DNA of 64,000 bases, taken from NCBI GenBank assembly GCA_026770705.1, contig JANJGN010000140.1, positions 1,240,001-1,304,000 on the forward strand. Reading direction: 5' to 3'. Origin of the DNA: Isurus oxyrinchus (Eukaryota). A program made the position numbers and the translations under genes. The notes under the pieces are model-generated. The model searched no databases. It was not told where the DNA came from and was given only the letters and a program-made list of their open reading frames with translations. This document shows, piece after piece, positions 53,256-64,000 of this stretch. Positions within the stretch are counted from its first letter, which is position 1, and every line of letters starts with the position of its first letter.

Positions 53256-53714
53256 GGATGGGTGGGATGCAGATTTCAGGTTAATATCAGATCATCCATG
53301 ATCTTATTGAATGGCGCAACATGCTCGAGGAACTGAATGGCCTACTCCTGCTCCTTTTTGTACGCTCGTATCTTCGAATGGTCCAGTGCAGTCATAACTG
53401 AGATAAGGTCATCAGGTCAAGGGCAGTGATCACTGAAACAGGGTAAAGTGGCCATCTCACATTTTAAAGTTGCTCTGCCATTCAGTAATATCGTGGCTGA
53501 TTTCCAAATTCAACGTCACATTCCCGCACTCTCCCCATATCCCCTGATCCTTTTAGTATCCAAAAGCCTATCGAATATTGTCTTGCATACACACATGAAC
53601 ACCCACCGCTCTCTGAGTTACAGAACACCACAGATTCACAACAATAGTTCTACTGCAGATCCTTTTTCCTTCTCCGTTCTAATGGATGACTCTTTATTCT
53701 GAAGCTGTGATCCC

Positions 53715-54505
53715 GAGTCAAGTGGCAAGTAAATGCAGAAAAGTATGATCTGATTCATCTTAGTACTAAAAGTGAAAAGAAGCAATATGAAATTAAGGGT
53801 TCAGTTGCAAAGGGGATGTAGGAGTAGAGGAGCCTTTGGGTCTATGTGCATAAATAATTGAATAGCGCAGGGCAGATTGAGAAAACGGTTACTAAATATA
53901 CAGCATGCAAGTCTTTATAAATAGGGTATAAAGGATGCAAACAAGGGAATTATGACAAATCTGTGCAAAAGTCTTGGCCTCAGCTGGAGTATTATGTGTC
54001 GTTTTGGCCATCGCACTTTCGGGTGGAAGTGAAGGCATGAGAGCTGGTGCAGGAAAGGCTCATGGGAATGATTCCAATGAAAATTAATGTAAGTTACGTG
54101 GATGGTTGGTCTCTGTGGAGAGGGGAAGATTAAGTGGAGATTTGATAGATATGTTAGGGATGTGCAAAATGATGCGGGAAATGGACAACATATATAGGGA
54201 GGGATTGAGAATGAAAGGGCTGTGATACAAGGCGATTGGCAAAAGATGCAACGGCGACATGATGGAAATCTTTTCCCATGGACTGAGTAATTCACATCTG
54301 AAATGCACATCCTGAGTGTGTGGTGGCAGCAAGTCCAATCGTGGTTTTCAATAGGGAATCAAATAATAACCTGAAGAACAAAGCAATGCGGAGCCAGAGA
54401 GAAAAGACGGATAGTGGGACTGGGAAAGCTGCATTTGAAATGGGCTAGCACGGTCATTACGGGGTGAATGACCTCTATCTGAGATATAATCATGCGACGA
54501 TTCAG
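53715..54505 (+). mobile_element. Old CR1 3' fragment
   Basis: Degenerate RPQLEY and tail motifs. Confidence 0.65.
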
Positions 54506-55566
54506 TGATTTAATAACTCTATACTTTTTCTAGTTGAGAAACAAAAAATCCTTAAATAGGAAGGAGGTGAGAAAATGGAAGAACTGAAGGAATGCCTTTA
54601 ACAGAATAAATGGACAGGAAACACGAAATTTACTCTTTCATGGCATGTGGGCGTCACTAGCAAGGCCAGCGTTTGTTGCCTATCTCTAATTGCCCTTGAA
54701 TTGAGTGGCGTGCTGGACCATTTGCGAGTGAGGTTAAGGGTCAACCATATTGCAGTGGCTCTGCCCAGCCATTGATTCAATGGTGGAATTGGCCAATCAT
54801 GGTGCTGTGACTGATGGAAAGTGCTGGGAGGTCGTCGATTCCAAGGGGCAAACTTCCATCATCTTTGTGAAAAGTGCATTCAACAATGTTTCTGGGTCGT
54901 AACCTCTACATAAATGCAGCCGGTTATTAAGATAGAACGGCCCTATTTTAAGAGGGATCACTGTTGATGTACGCATGTTCTCACCCACTGCAGCGCCCGT
55001 GAACACAAAGGGACCTTTCCCAGCTGCGGTAATTGTGGGAGATGCTGACCTCCATGGAAAGATCATGGGTGGAGTGAATCCAAACCCAAACTACCCTCAG
55101 CTTGGAATTGCCCGGTCTCTTGCTTGTTCCCTGGAGCGGACGAAATCTCTCAGCCGATTGTAGCCCGAATGCTGGAAATCACAGGAGATGATGAAGGTTT
55201 ATCAAGTCAAACGAGGAAACACGGATTCAACAGCAAAAGGGAAAGAAACTAATTTGCTGTTATCTGAGGTAAAAGGCGGCGATAAATTCACCCTAGATTA
55301 CAAATCGGTACATTATGAATTTTTCCAGGAAAAAGGAGATGAGAATGTGGAATAATTTCATGAACTATGTTTGAAGGCGAATTGGACAGGAGATGATATC
55401 AAGAATTATAAGGAGCGAGAAGGAATTGCAGATTTAATGAGCTTAACCACTTCATTCTGTACTGTAACATTGTAAGAGCCACTGAAAATATATTCATGAG
55501 CAATATTTGTACTCCAAATTTCCATGCATTGTGTATCTCCATGTGTCTGCAATCCCACCATGTTCA

Positions 55567-55788
55567 GGATTTTGTACAGCGCCCTCCGTGTTCTGTATCA
55601 CTGTGTCTGTAATCCCACCATGTTCAGGATTTTGTACAGTTCTCTCCTTGCTCTGCGTCACTGTTTGCCTCTAATCCCACCATGTTAAATTGTTGTACAG
55701 CGCTCTCCGTTCTCTGTATCACTGTGTGTCTGTAATCCCACCATGTTCAGGTTTTTGTACGGCTCTCTCCGTGTTCTGCATCACTGTG
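55567..55788 (-). repeat. Tandem array of four 23-RSS units
   Basis: Heptamers at 55782-55788, 55720-55726, 55659-55665 and 55599-55605, each exactly 23 bp from a nonamer. Confidence 0.93.
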
Positions 55789-56094
55789 CTGTGGGCCGAC
55801 TCAGTGCACAGTAATACACAGCGGAGTCGCTCAGTTGTAGTTTGAAGATATTTAACCGGCTGATTTTCTCGGCAGAATCGATAGAAGCAGAAATTCTCTC
55901 CCCGGCAGCATTTTCTTTATTCTCCTCTCCTGAAGTGTGTATCTGAAGCAGATATTCTGGAGCCTGTCCTGGGGACTGACGGTACCAGTGGACTGTATAC
56001 TGACAGATACCTGAATATTCACAGCTTAAAGTAACGGTGTCACCAGCAGCAGAGGTTTGTAAAGGCGGATTCTGGAATATCAGGAGACTGGAAC
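55789..56094 (-). CDS. NAR-TCR supporting V-delta segment, intact, leaderless, extra Cys in CDR1
   Basis: Phase-1 acceptor; GSSLLIFQNPPLQTSAAGDTVTLSCEYSGICQYTVHWYRQ..DSAVYYCALSRPT; consensus RSS CACAGTG-23-ACAAAAACC; no ATG leader exon found; lies downstream of an IgNAR-like VDJ. Confidence 0.88.
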
Positions 56095-57813
56095 CTGAAG
56101 GGTGAAAAATGAACATTTTGTGTTTGTTTAGCTACTGCTGATATGGGGAATTTGTCAATCGCGCGAACAGCTTTGCGTTTTTTATCTTGATTTGAAGCCT
56201 GTTCGAACGCTGCTCATTGTTACTGAAATATGATCAACTGGGGAATGAGGTGATATTTTCTCTTCCATAGCGAATTCCTCCGATCAGGACTTCACTATCT
56301 GAATGGGTTTGGGGAACAGATTCAATAGTAACTTTCAATAGTATCTGTTCTGAAGCAGAAAAAATGCAGGGATATGGGGAATATGCATGAGTGGTGGGAA
56401 CGATTGGATTACACTTTTAAAGGGACAGCACCTACACGATGGGCCGGATGTCATCCTTCCACGCTGCATGGTTCAATGATGTATATTAGATTTGATTTTA
56501 TTTTCCCCGCTGAGAGACAAACCCGAGGGAACTTCTTATTAACAGTGAAACAGTCAGTTTCGAAAAACTATTTGTCTGACAGTGACCCAGATATAACGCA
56601 TCAATGCGCACAGCAAAATCCAACAGAATGCGATTGCAATTCGTCAGCACCAATCGGGTCAAACAGATAGTGAATATCGATGGTGAAATGTCAACCATTA
56701 GCTTCAGTTTAACACTTCTCAGGAGTTTCCATCTGCCTTTGGGTCTATTAGTTTATTTTTTTCGATCAATCTTTGTTTCCACATTTCTCTTTAAATTAAA
56801 ATATTTACAGTTAGTTTCAGTTTATTTCTACATTTACTTTGCACTGTTTGTACGTCTTGCAATCGTGAGAACTTGTCCTAAACTCTCTTAGTAGTCGGTT
56901 GGGTTCAACCTGTTCAGTTTCCGCAGTGGTTTTACTGTTGGGAACTGCCTCTTCCGGCTCTCTGACAATTTCAATCCTTTCCGCCCATTGACTGATTCTC
57001 TCCGCCTTCTCTGGGCGGAGTTTTCTCTAAGTTTTTCATTGTACTCAATCTGCAGGAGAGGGATCGGCCATTTGGCACAGTGATTTATGCTGTGGGTATA
57101 CTCCACAGCAGTCTCCCCAACCGGAAACCGAATTGACCATTTCCATCCGTATTTCTTTCTCCCCCCTGTATTTTCAGCCTTCCCATAAACCCATCAATAA
57201 CGTCTGCTCCAACCACTCAGTGTGGCATCAAGTTCCACATTCTGACGGTTTTAGTGTACATTTTTCTTCTTAATGTCTTTGTTCTGTTAGTGACGACCTG
57301 ATACTAATGGGCTACTGATCTAGGCTCATCCATCAATATACAGCTGCAACGCACGCACTTTATTAAACCCGTTCATAATTTTAAAGATTTCTCTGAATTC
57401 TCTTTCCGGTTCTCTGTTTTCCAAAGTTAAGTGACCCAGACTTTTCAATCATTCCAGAGAGATGTGTATTTTTGCTGATTCCTTTTCCCAGCAATTTAAG
57501 TAATCAATGCAAAGAATCTTACAAATAGAAGCAGGGGTGGCCATGGCAACTTACAGACCTGTTCCGACGCCATTAATAACATGGATGATCTTCGATGTAA
57601 GCATCACATTCCCATATTCCTAGATTATTTTAATAATCAAAAATCTATGGAACACTGCCTTGAATACACTCGTCCACTGAGTATCCACAGCTCTCTGAGC
57701 TATAGAATGCAACAGGTTCACAACAATAGCCTGGGGAAACATCCAGTCGTATCTGCCATGTGAGCCGTTGAGAATATGATAATGAGATCACCTCACATTC
57801 CTCTAAACTACTC

Positions 57814-58740
57814 TTATGAAAGTACAATGAGTTTAAAAATATTTTTCTCGTTTATTGTGCAGTGTGTTAATGGGTGTAAGTATATTTGGTTCTGTCTGTG
57901 ATTTTATTGCATTTTGAGTCAAGTGCACGGCAAGTCTGAAATTATCAAAGGAAGCTACATGTGGAAATATACTTGAAATTCTAAGATGTAAATGTGGATG
58001 CTGGCTTAGCGTTTAAGGTGTGAAGGAACGCTGTGTTTCAAAGTGGTGTTAGACTGTTTACAATTAACCAGATAAACAAGGCTAAGGAGTCAGATTTAAT
58101 TTGTTCTGAAGGGTGCTGACAATATTGGCAGCATGAAAGTTTTTATGTTATGAGGAAGATACAGTTTCAAAGACATGTGGAACAATAAAAGTTACATGTT
58201 AAAGAGAGAGAAACATACATACAGGAGAATGAAAGGCTATGTGAGGAGAGTGCCATGTCAGATCTAACTGGCATCCGTGAAACAACATTCATGCAGCCTC
58301 CAGCCATTTTTGCATATGTCTGCTATGTAAAGGTAGTAAAGTTGGGGAAGCCATTTGGAATTCCACTGTCAAGTGTGTGCTCTGTTAACTTGCTGGTTCT
58401 GTTTGAAATCGAAAATCTATTTTGGACTGTTGCCTTAAAGGGATGTATAACTGGGAGTCAAGTTAATTCAGAATTTTAGGAGTTGTTATAATAGTAAACA
58501 ACTTGTCTCTTATGTATGTGTTTGAAATATTTTATTTTGTTAATAAATATTATAATTTAATTTCTCAAAAGTCTTTAAAGGTCTTGCTGGTCTCATTAAT
58601 TCAGAATCAGTGCACACATCTTCCAGTGATATAGATTGCAAAACTGTTGTGACAGAGCGATGAGGTTTCCTTTGTGGATTTGGTCTGCCTGGCACACATC
58701 ACCTGCCACGTGATAACATGACTGGGGGCTGTTTGTGGGA
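57814..58740 (+). mobile_element. Possible Gypsy-type LTR with a trace of internal sequence
   Basis: AATAAA, end at ..gtgataaca (58718) followed by PBS-like tgggggct; 5' boundary uncertain. Confidence 0.4.
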
Positions 58741-59938
58741 TACTGGAAGTTGCTTGATTGGTTTGGAGTTGGTCAATCTGAAGCCTACCAGAAGAAAATT
58801 GAATCCAGGAGTTACTGTGAGGGGTTTTTAAGTGACGAGAGTGCAAAACTTGTTGCATCCATGGCACACACCATCTGCACGTCATAACACGAGGCAACGC
58901 GGGCTGTCACGGCTTCACCTTCTTCTCATAGGATAAACCATTTAACTCAGGAAGCTGCCTGACGAAACTTTGTTCACTTCCTTCAAGGCATGTAGATGTT
59001 TTCTCAATTATGAATATAAAACTTTACACAGCATCCAGACTGGAGTCCAGTGCAGTCCTTCCCACAAACAATACTTTTCCCAATTGTTTTGTAATACCGA
59101 GGGGTACTGATTCATCAGCTGAAGTGGCGGTTTGTGCATAGGTGGCAACCAGCCGGAGATTTCCTTCCTATCATTGGCCTGATGCCATGAGACGTCCTGC
59201 CATGGAAGTTAATGTTGAAGGCTCCAAGGACAACTGCTTGCTGACTGTATATGACCTTGCTACCACCTCTGGGTCTATCATGCTGGTGGCCCAGGTCATA
59301 CACAGAGATAGTGATGGTGCTGGAAAAGACATTGCCTCTAAGTTATGATTCCGTGAGTTTGATTCTGCCAGGTTGTTGCCTGACAAATATGTGGGAGAGC
59401 TCTCCCAGTTTTAGCACATACCTCCAGATGTTAGTAAGGAGGACACTGCAGGATGGACACGCCTAGGTTTACCATTGTCATTTCCGAAGCCTAGGTCGAT
59501 TACAGGTGACATGCAGGTGGTGTGGTTCATGGTTTATCCTTTTTTTAGACTTAGTAGCCATTTGATTCAAATAAGTGACTTGCTTGGCCATCATTTCACA
59601 AAGCACTGAAGGGTAAACCACAATTCTTTGTGTCTGAAGTTTTATGTAGGTTAGACCAGGTAAGAACAGCAAATTTCCTTCGATTAAGTAGACTAGGGTG
59701 CTGGATGGCTCGCAACAATCGGCAACAGTTTCATGATCACCATACTAACAACAGCTTTTAAATCCTGGTGCTTGAATTCCACCAGCTGCTGCAGTGAGGT
59801 TTGAACCAGGGTTAACACACAGAGGATTGACAGGGTGTCTGGGTTATTAGTCTAATGACATTACCACGAGGCCACCCGTCCCCATGGCGATTATTTGCCT
59901 GGATACTTTGCAACACGTCACGGTTTGGAGTCACTTAC

Positions 59939-60283
59939 CAGCTGTGACAGTCACCTCTGTCCCAGAACCGTCTGCATAACCAGCTTTCCAAATGGAACCA
60001 CATCCATATTTATACTGAGCTTTACAGTAATAGGTGGCTGTGTCTTCAACTCTCACATCCTGAATTTCCAGAGAAAAAATATTTTGTGCTTTATTCATCG
60101 ACACAACAAATCTCCCCCCACTGGAGATCCGCTCCCGCTCAGTCCCAGTCTGGGTTTGTCTGAAGAAATGTCCGTCCTATAAACGATGAGAATTACCATG
60201 GAAAATGCAGGTGATGGTGAGAGACTGACACTCCTTCCTGGTCACCGCTGCCGGGGTCTGTACCACTGACTGATTGAAAGAGC
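59939..60283 (-). pseudogene. Pre-joined NAR-TCR VDJ exon (IgNAR-like V + junction + J in one frame)
   Basis: 345-bp AG..GT exon: SFNQSVVQTPAAVTRKECQSLTITCIFHGNSHRL*DGHFFRQTQTGTERERISSGGRFVVSMNKAQNIFSLEIQDVRVEDTATYYCKAQYKYGCGSIWKAGYADGSGTEVTVTA/gtaagt; single TAG at 60177-60179; leader at ~60430-60445 truncated with donor GT>CT. Confidence 0.9.
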
Positions 60284-61949
60284 CTGGCAATTAAACAGAG
60301 AGAGTTTAATGGACCATCAAAGCCAAAACCCAGAACGGGGCTAAAACCCCACACAGTGTCTGCAATTGGGATGGATTCGGGCAGCTTTATATGAGATTTA
60401 CACAATGTCAGTTTGTTTGATCAGTACTCAGGGGGTAAACAGGAACTGCTCTTGGAGACTGGGGCTCAGAGCTGGACTGAAATACTTTAGAGCGTAGAGT
60501 TCCTTTGCAGAGGGCTGTGTCCCGCGGAGCATTGACAGGCCACATGGTTCCCATCTCTCTGGTAGTGTGTTGTGTGAATAAGTGACAGAGTTAAAAACGG
60601 AACCTGCAGTTTCATGTTGCTTCCTTGGGCCTGTGAGCCTGATGTGAAGTCCCCTCTCCCATTTGTCTGATATTCAGTGCCCTGCGTAATGGGGCAAGGG
60701 AGGTGGAGTTGTTTCTTAGTGAAGTCTGCCACCTTCATTCTCCCACAGTAATGAGCCTGCAGGTCTGTCCATATGTGTTTGGCAAATGGTATTTTATGAG
60801 AGTGGGGTGTGGGATAATCCCTCCTTCCCCAATATTATTCTAACTGTCATGAAAAAACAGAAAATGCTGGAAAGAACTCGGCAGATCTGGCAGCATCTGT
60901 GAAGAGTGAAACAGAATTAACGTTTCGAGTTTGTATGACTCTTCTTCAGAGCTACCTGTGCTGGAAATTATGAAATATCTGCCTGAACTGGCTGGTGGAC
61001 CTTCAGTTGAAAGTCTGTGCCAAGGGAAGGAGCCTTACACCTCCCTTAGTCCAACATCTGAGTATCAGATTACAATGTGAGACAGTCCAGTGACTTTGCC
61101 AATATTCAGGCGGAAGAACAGAAACACCACAAAGAATAAATTCTCCACTTCATTGAAACAAATGCTTGCTGCACACCTTCCCCTGTGACTTGCACTTAAA
61201 ATGATGTTTCCAGAAAGCAATGTTTCATTTCCAGGTCTGGACTATTCAGAGTTTCAGTTGTAGTGTTAGAACATGAAGTCACACTCAGAGGGACAGTTGA
61301 AATGGGGGTGGGCACCGTGTTTGGAACTTATTTAACATATCACACTCACCACCTTGGTGAAATCTGTTAGCTGTGTTTGAACTGTCCTGAATCTAACAAC
61401 ACGTTCTGTTGAAGTGAACCTTGTGAATCAGCCGCGGTCAAGTGCTCCTGGAAACTGATGGGGACAAGGACATGGAGATGCTCAGTAATCCAGGCAGGCA
61501 TGCAAAGGACATATACATCATCTGATGCATTGAAAACTAAAATAAAAACCTGACAAGGCCTTTTTGCTCCATCCACAAGTTTTGCACCTTAAATTTTGCC
61601 CAATTCCCCTCTGAATTTGAATGCTACTGGCGCGAAACAGTGCAGAACAGCGCATGACATAATCATGTTTTGCCTCAGAGCTACCACAAATACAACTTGT
61701 ATTTTAAAGCACATTTATTACAATGAAAGGTCCCATCAGCAGATAGTGACAGTGATCTTCGTGAAGCATGAATCCTGAGAGGCTGATGTGGCCAATCACT
61801 TGAGTCATCGTCTGCAATGTGGGAACACGGATACATTTTGGCATCATAATTACCAACACTCAGATTGTAGCAGTCTAACTTTAAGAGGCCATGATTCTTT
61901 AAAAGGAGAAATATTATCTGAATGTATTTCAATCAGCATTTGTTTGGAA

Positions 61950-63690
61950 AAAAAACATAATTTCTTCTTTCAATAGGTTTAATTTTTCTCCAATTCCGTT
62001 TATTTTGATATATTTACATTTAGTTTCATTTTATTTCTCCATTTCCTTTGTGCAGTTTGTGCTTCTTGCATGGAAACAGAGCTATCGTGGGAACTTGCCC
62101 CAAAGTCTCTCAGTTGTCTGTTAGGTTCAGTCTGTTCCGTTTCCACAGTGGTTTTACTGTTATTCACTGGGAACTGCATCTTCCTCCTCTCTGACAATTT
62201 CAAATTTGTTCCACCCATTTACTGATTGACTGGTTGAAGTTTTATCAAAGTTTTACTTTACACAGTATCTGCCAGAAGAGGAATATTCCATTCTGTTCAA
62301 ATGATTTATGCCTGTGTATTTACTGCGGACCAGCCTCCATCCGCCCGAAATCTAATTTACCATTTCCAGTCAGCTCCCTGAGTCAGTCTGTTCCGTTCTC
62401 CCTCCTTTATTTTCAAGTCTTCCCATAAATGTATCAAACCTCACTGCCCCAACCACTCCCTGCGGCAGCAAGTTCCACATTCTGACCTGCCTGTTTTTAC
62501 ACTTCTTCTTCTTCTTAATGTCATTATTTGTTCTGTTAGTGACTGTCTTATTCTAATGGCTCTAGGCTCACCCCCAAATAAGCAGCTATTCCACAAGTAC
62601 CCCAATGAACCCGTTCGTAATTTAAACGATTTCCATGAATTCTCCTTTTCTTTCCCTGTTCTCCAGAGACAAGAGGCCCGGCCTGTTCAATCTCTCCACA
62701 GAGATGCAGATTATTCCTGATTTATTTTCTCAGGAGTGTAACAGATCAAAGCAGTTAATGTAACAGACAGAAGCAGGAGCGGCCATATTAACTTTCAAAC
62801 CTTTTCCGCCATTCAATAATATCCTAACTCATCTCCTCGCTCAAAATCACTTTGCCGCCATGTCCCCATATCCCTTGATTCTCTTAGCATCCTGAAATCC
62901 ATTGTACACTTCCTTTAATACACCCAACCACTGAGCATCCACAGATCTCTGAGGAAGAGAATGTCAGAGATTCACAACAATGGCTTCACTGAAGAAATTT
63001 CTCTTCTTCTCATTCCTCATGGTCGAGTCCTTATTCTGAAACGGTGACCCCTAGTTATAAGCTCATCAGCCTGGGGAGACACCCATCGGGAATCTATCAT
63101 GTCCTGAATATTAGGTGTTCTAATGAAATTACATCTCATTCATCTAAGCTCTAGGGAACATAGGCCCAGACGATTTAATCTCTTCTTTACGACAATCCCT
63201 TTATCTCAGGGATCAGCCTGATGAACCTTTGCTGCACGCCTTCCAAGGCATGTAGATCCTTCCTTAAGTAAGGAGACCAAAACTTTACACAGCATTTCAG
63301 ACTGGAGCCCATTTCAGTCCTTCCTTCCATAGACCTCACCAACCCCCCTGTGCTCAGATTGTACTTTGAATGGGCCAAAGATCCTCCAATCCTCTCCTTT
63401 TCGATGAATTATTTATTGCTGCTTCTAAATGAACATTCCCCCCATTTACAACTTACAATTGTTTCCTTATGTTCCCTGTTCTCCTTTATAAGATTAATGC
63501 ATCATCCTCACTTTCTCACTGCACGGTGTTGTTCCACACACAGTAATCAGGGATACAGATAAATTACAGCAATCACATCTCTCAAACATCTACATTCAAT
63601 ATGGAGAAGTATCTGCAGTTCCAAACCTTCATATTTCAGTCTGAGGGCGGAAAAGTAGGAAATTGTTTGGTTATATGAAAGAAATGGCGG
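61950..63690. repeat. Duplicated NAR-TCR intron block without V or J
   Basis: ~61950-63000 resembles ~56700-57750; ~63100-63690 resembles ~31450-32010. Confidence 0.75.
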
Positions 63691-64000
63691 GGACAATGTC
63701 GTTAATTTCAGTCACTGACTGCCCAATAATAAAATTCCACCTGGGCCCACATCAGGATCTCTTATATCTGAAGCCCGTTGTGTCACTTTCCCGTTTTTCT
63801 CCCGGGTCAGGTATTGAACTGGCCGCAGTTGTTTGAGTTTATTCACCAGGTGCCTCATTCACATTGCGCGGCTCGGACTGCAATCTGCTGCCCAGGAGAG
63901 AGCTCTGCGACTCCGCTCCCGGACTCGAAAGGGACAGACCGAGCTCCCTCGGTCACAGGTAAAACCGGGAGTGGAGTCCGGATTGTCGACAATCTGCGCT

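Noticed and set aside
59939-60283. Joined exon as a retrocopy or as a true IgNAR gene
   Set aside because: Leader intron, acceptor and J donor with intron flank are retained; the next exon downstream is a leaderless TCR V-delta, not an IgNAR constant exon

Overview
Eukaryotic, repeat-rich DNA from a cartilaginous fish (shark-type CR1, SINE and Penelope repeats). It is part of the V region of the T-cell receptor alpha/delta locus. About 13 conventional TCR V segments or remnants lie on both strands, most followed by 23-bp-spacer recombination signal sequences (RSS). Only those at 2.8 kb and 25.5 kb look fully intact. There are two minus-strand NAR-TCR cassettes, each an IgNAR-like V(D)J unit upstream of a leaderless supporting V-delta. 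Cassette 1 (30.3-36.0 kb) is split (L-V-RSS, D, J) and decayed. Cassette 2 (55.5-60.5 kb) holds an IgNAR-like V already joined in frame to D/N and J in the genomic sequence, apparently a germline-joined NAR-TCR VDJ exon, now carrying one stop codon and a broken leader. Both supporting V-deltas are followed by a head-to-tail array of ~62-bp units, each a complete 23-RSS. Also present: a V family with leader and V in one exon, a minisatellite grown from a V promoter element, a ~3.7-kb two-V duplication, a GPR139-like GPCR pseudogene and a 159-N gap. Repeat boundaries are approximate and family names come from motif recognition, not searches.
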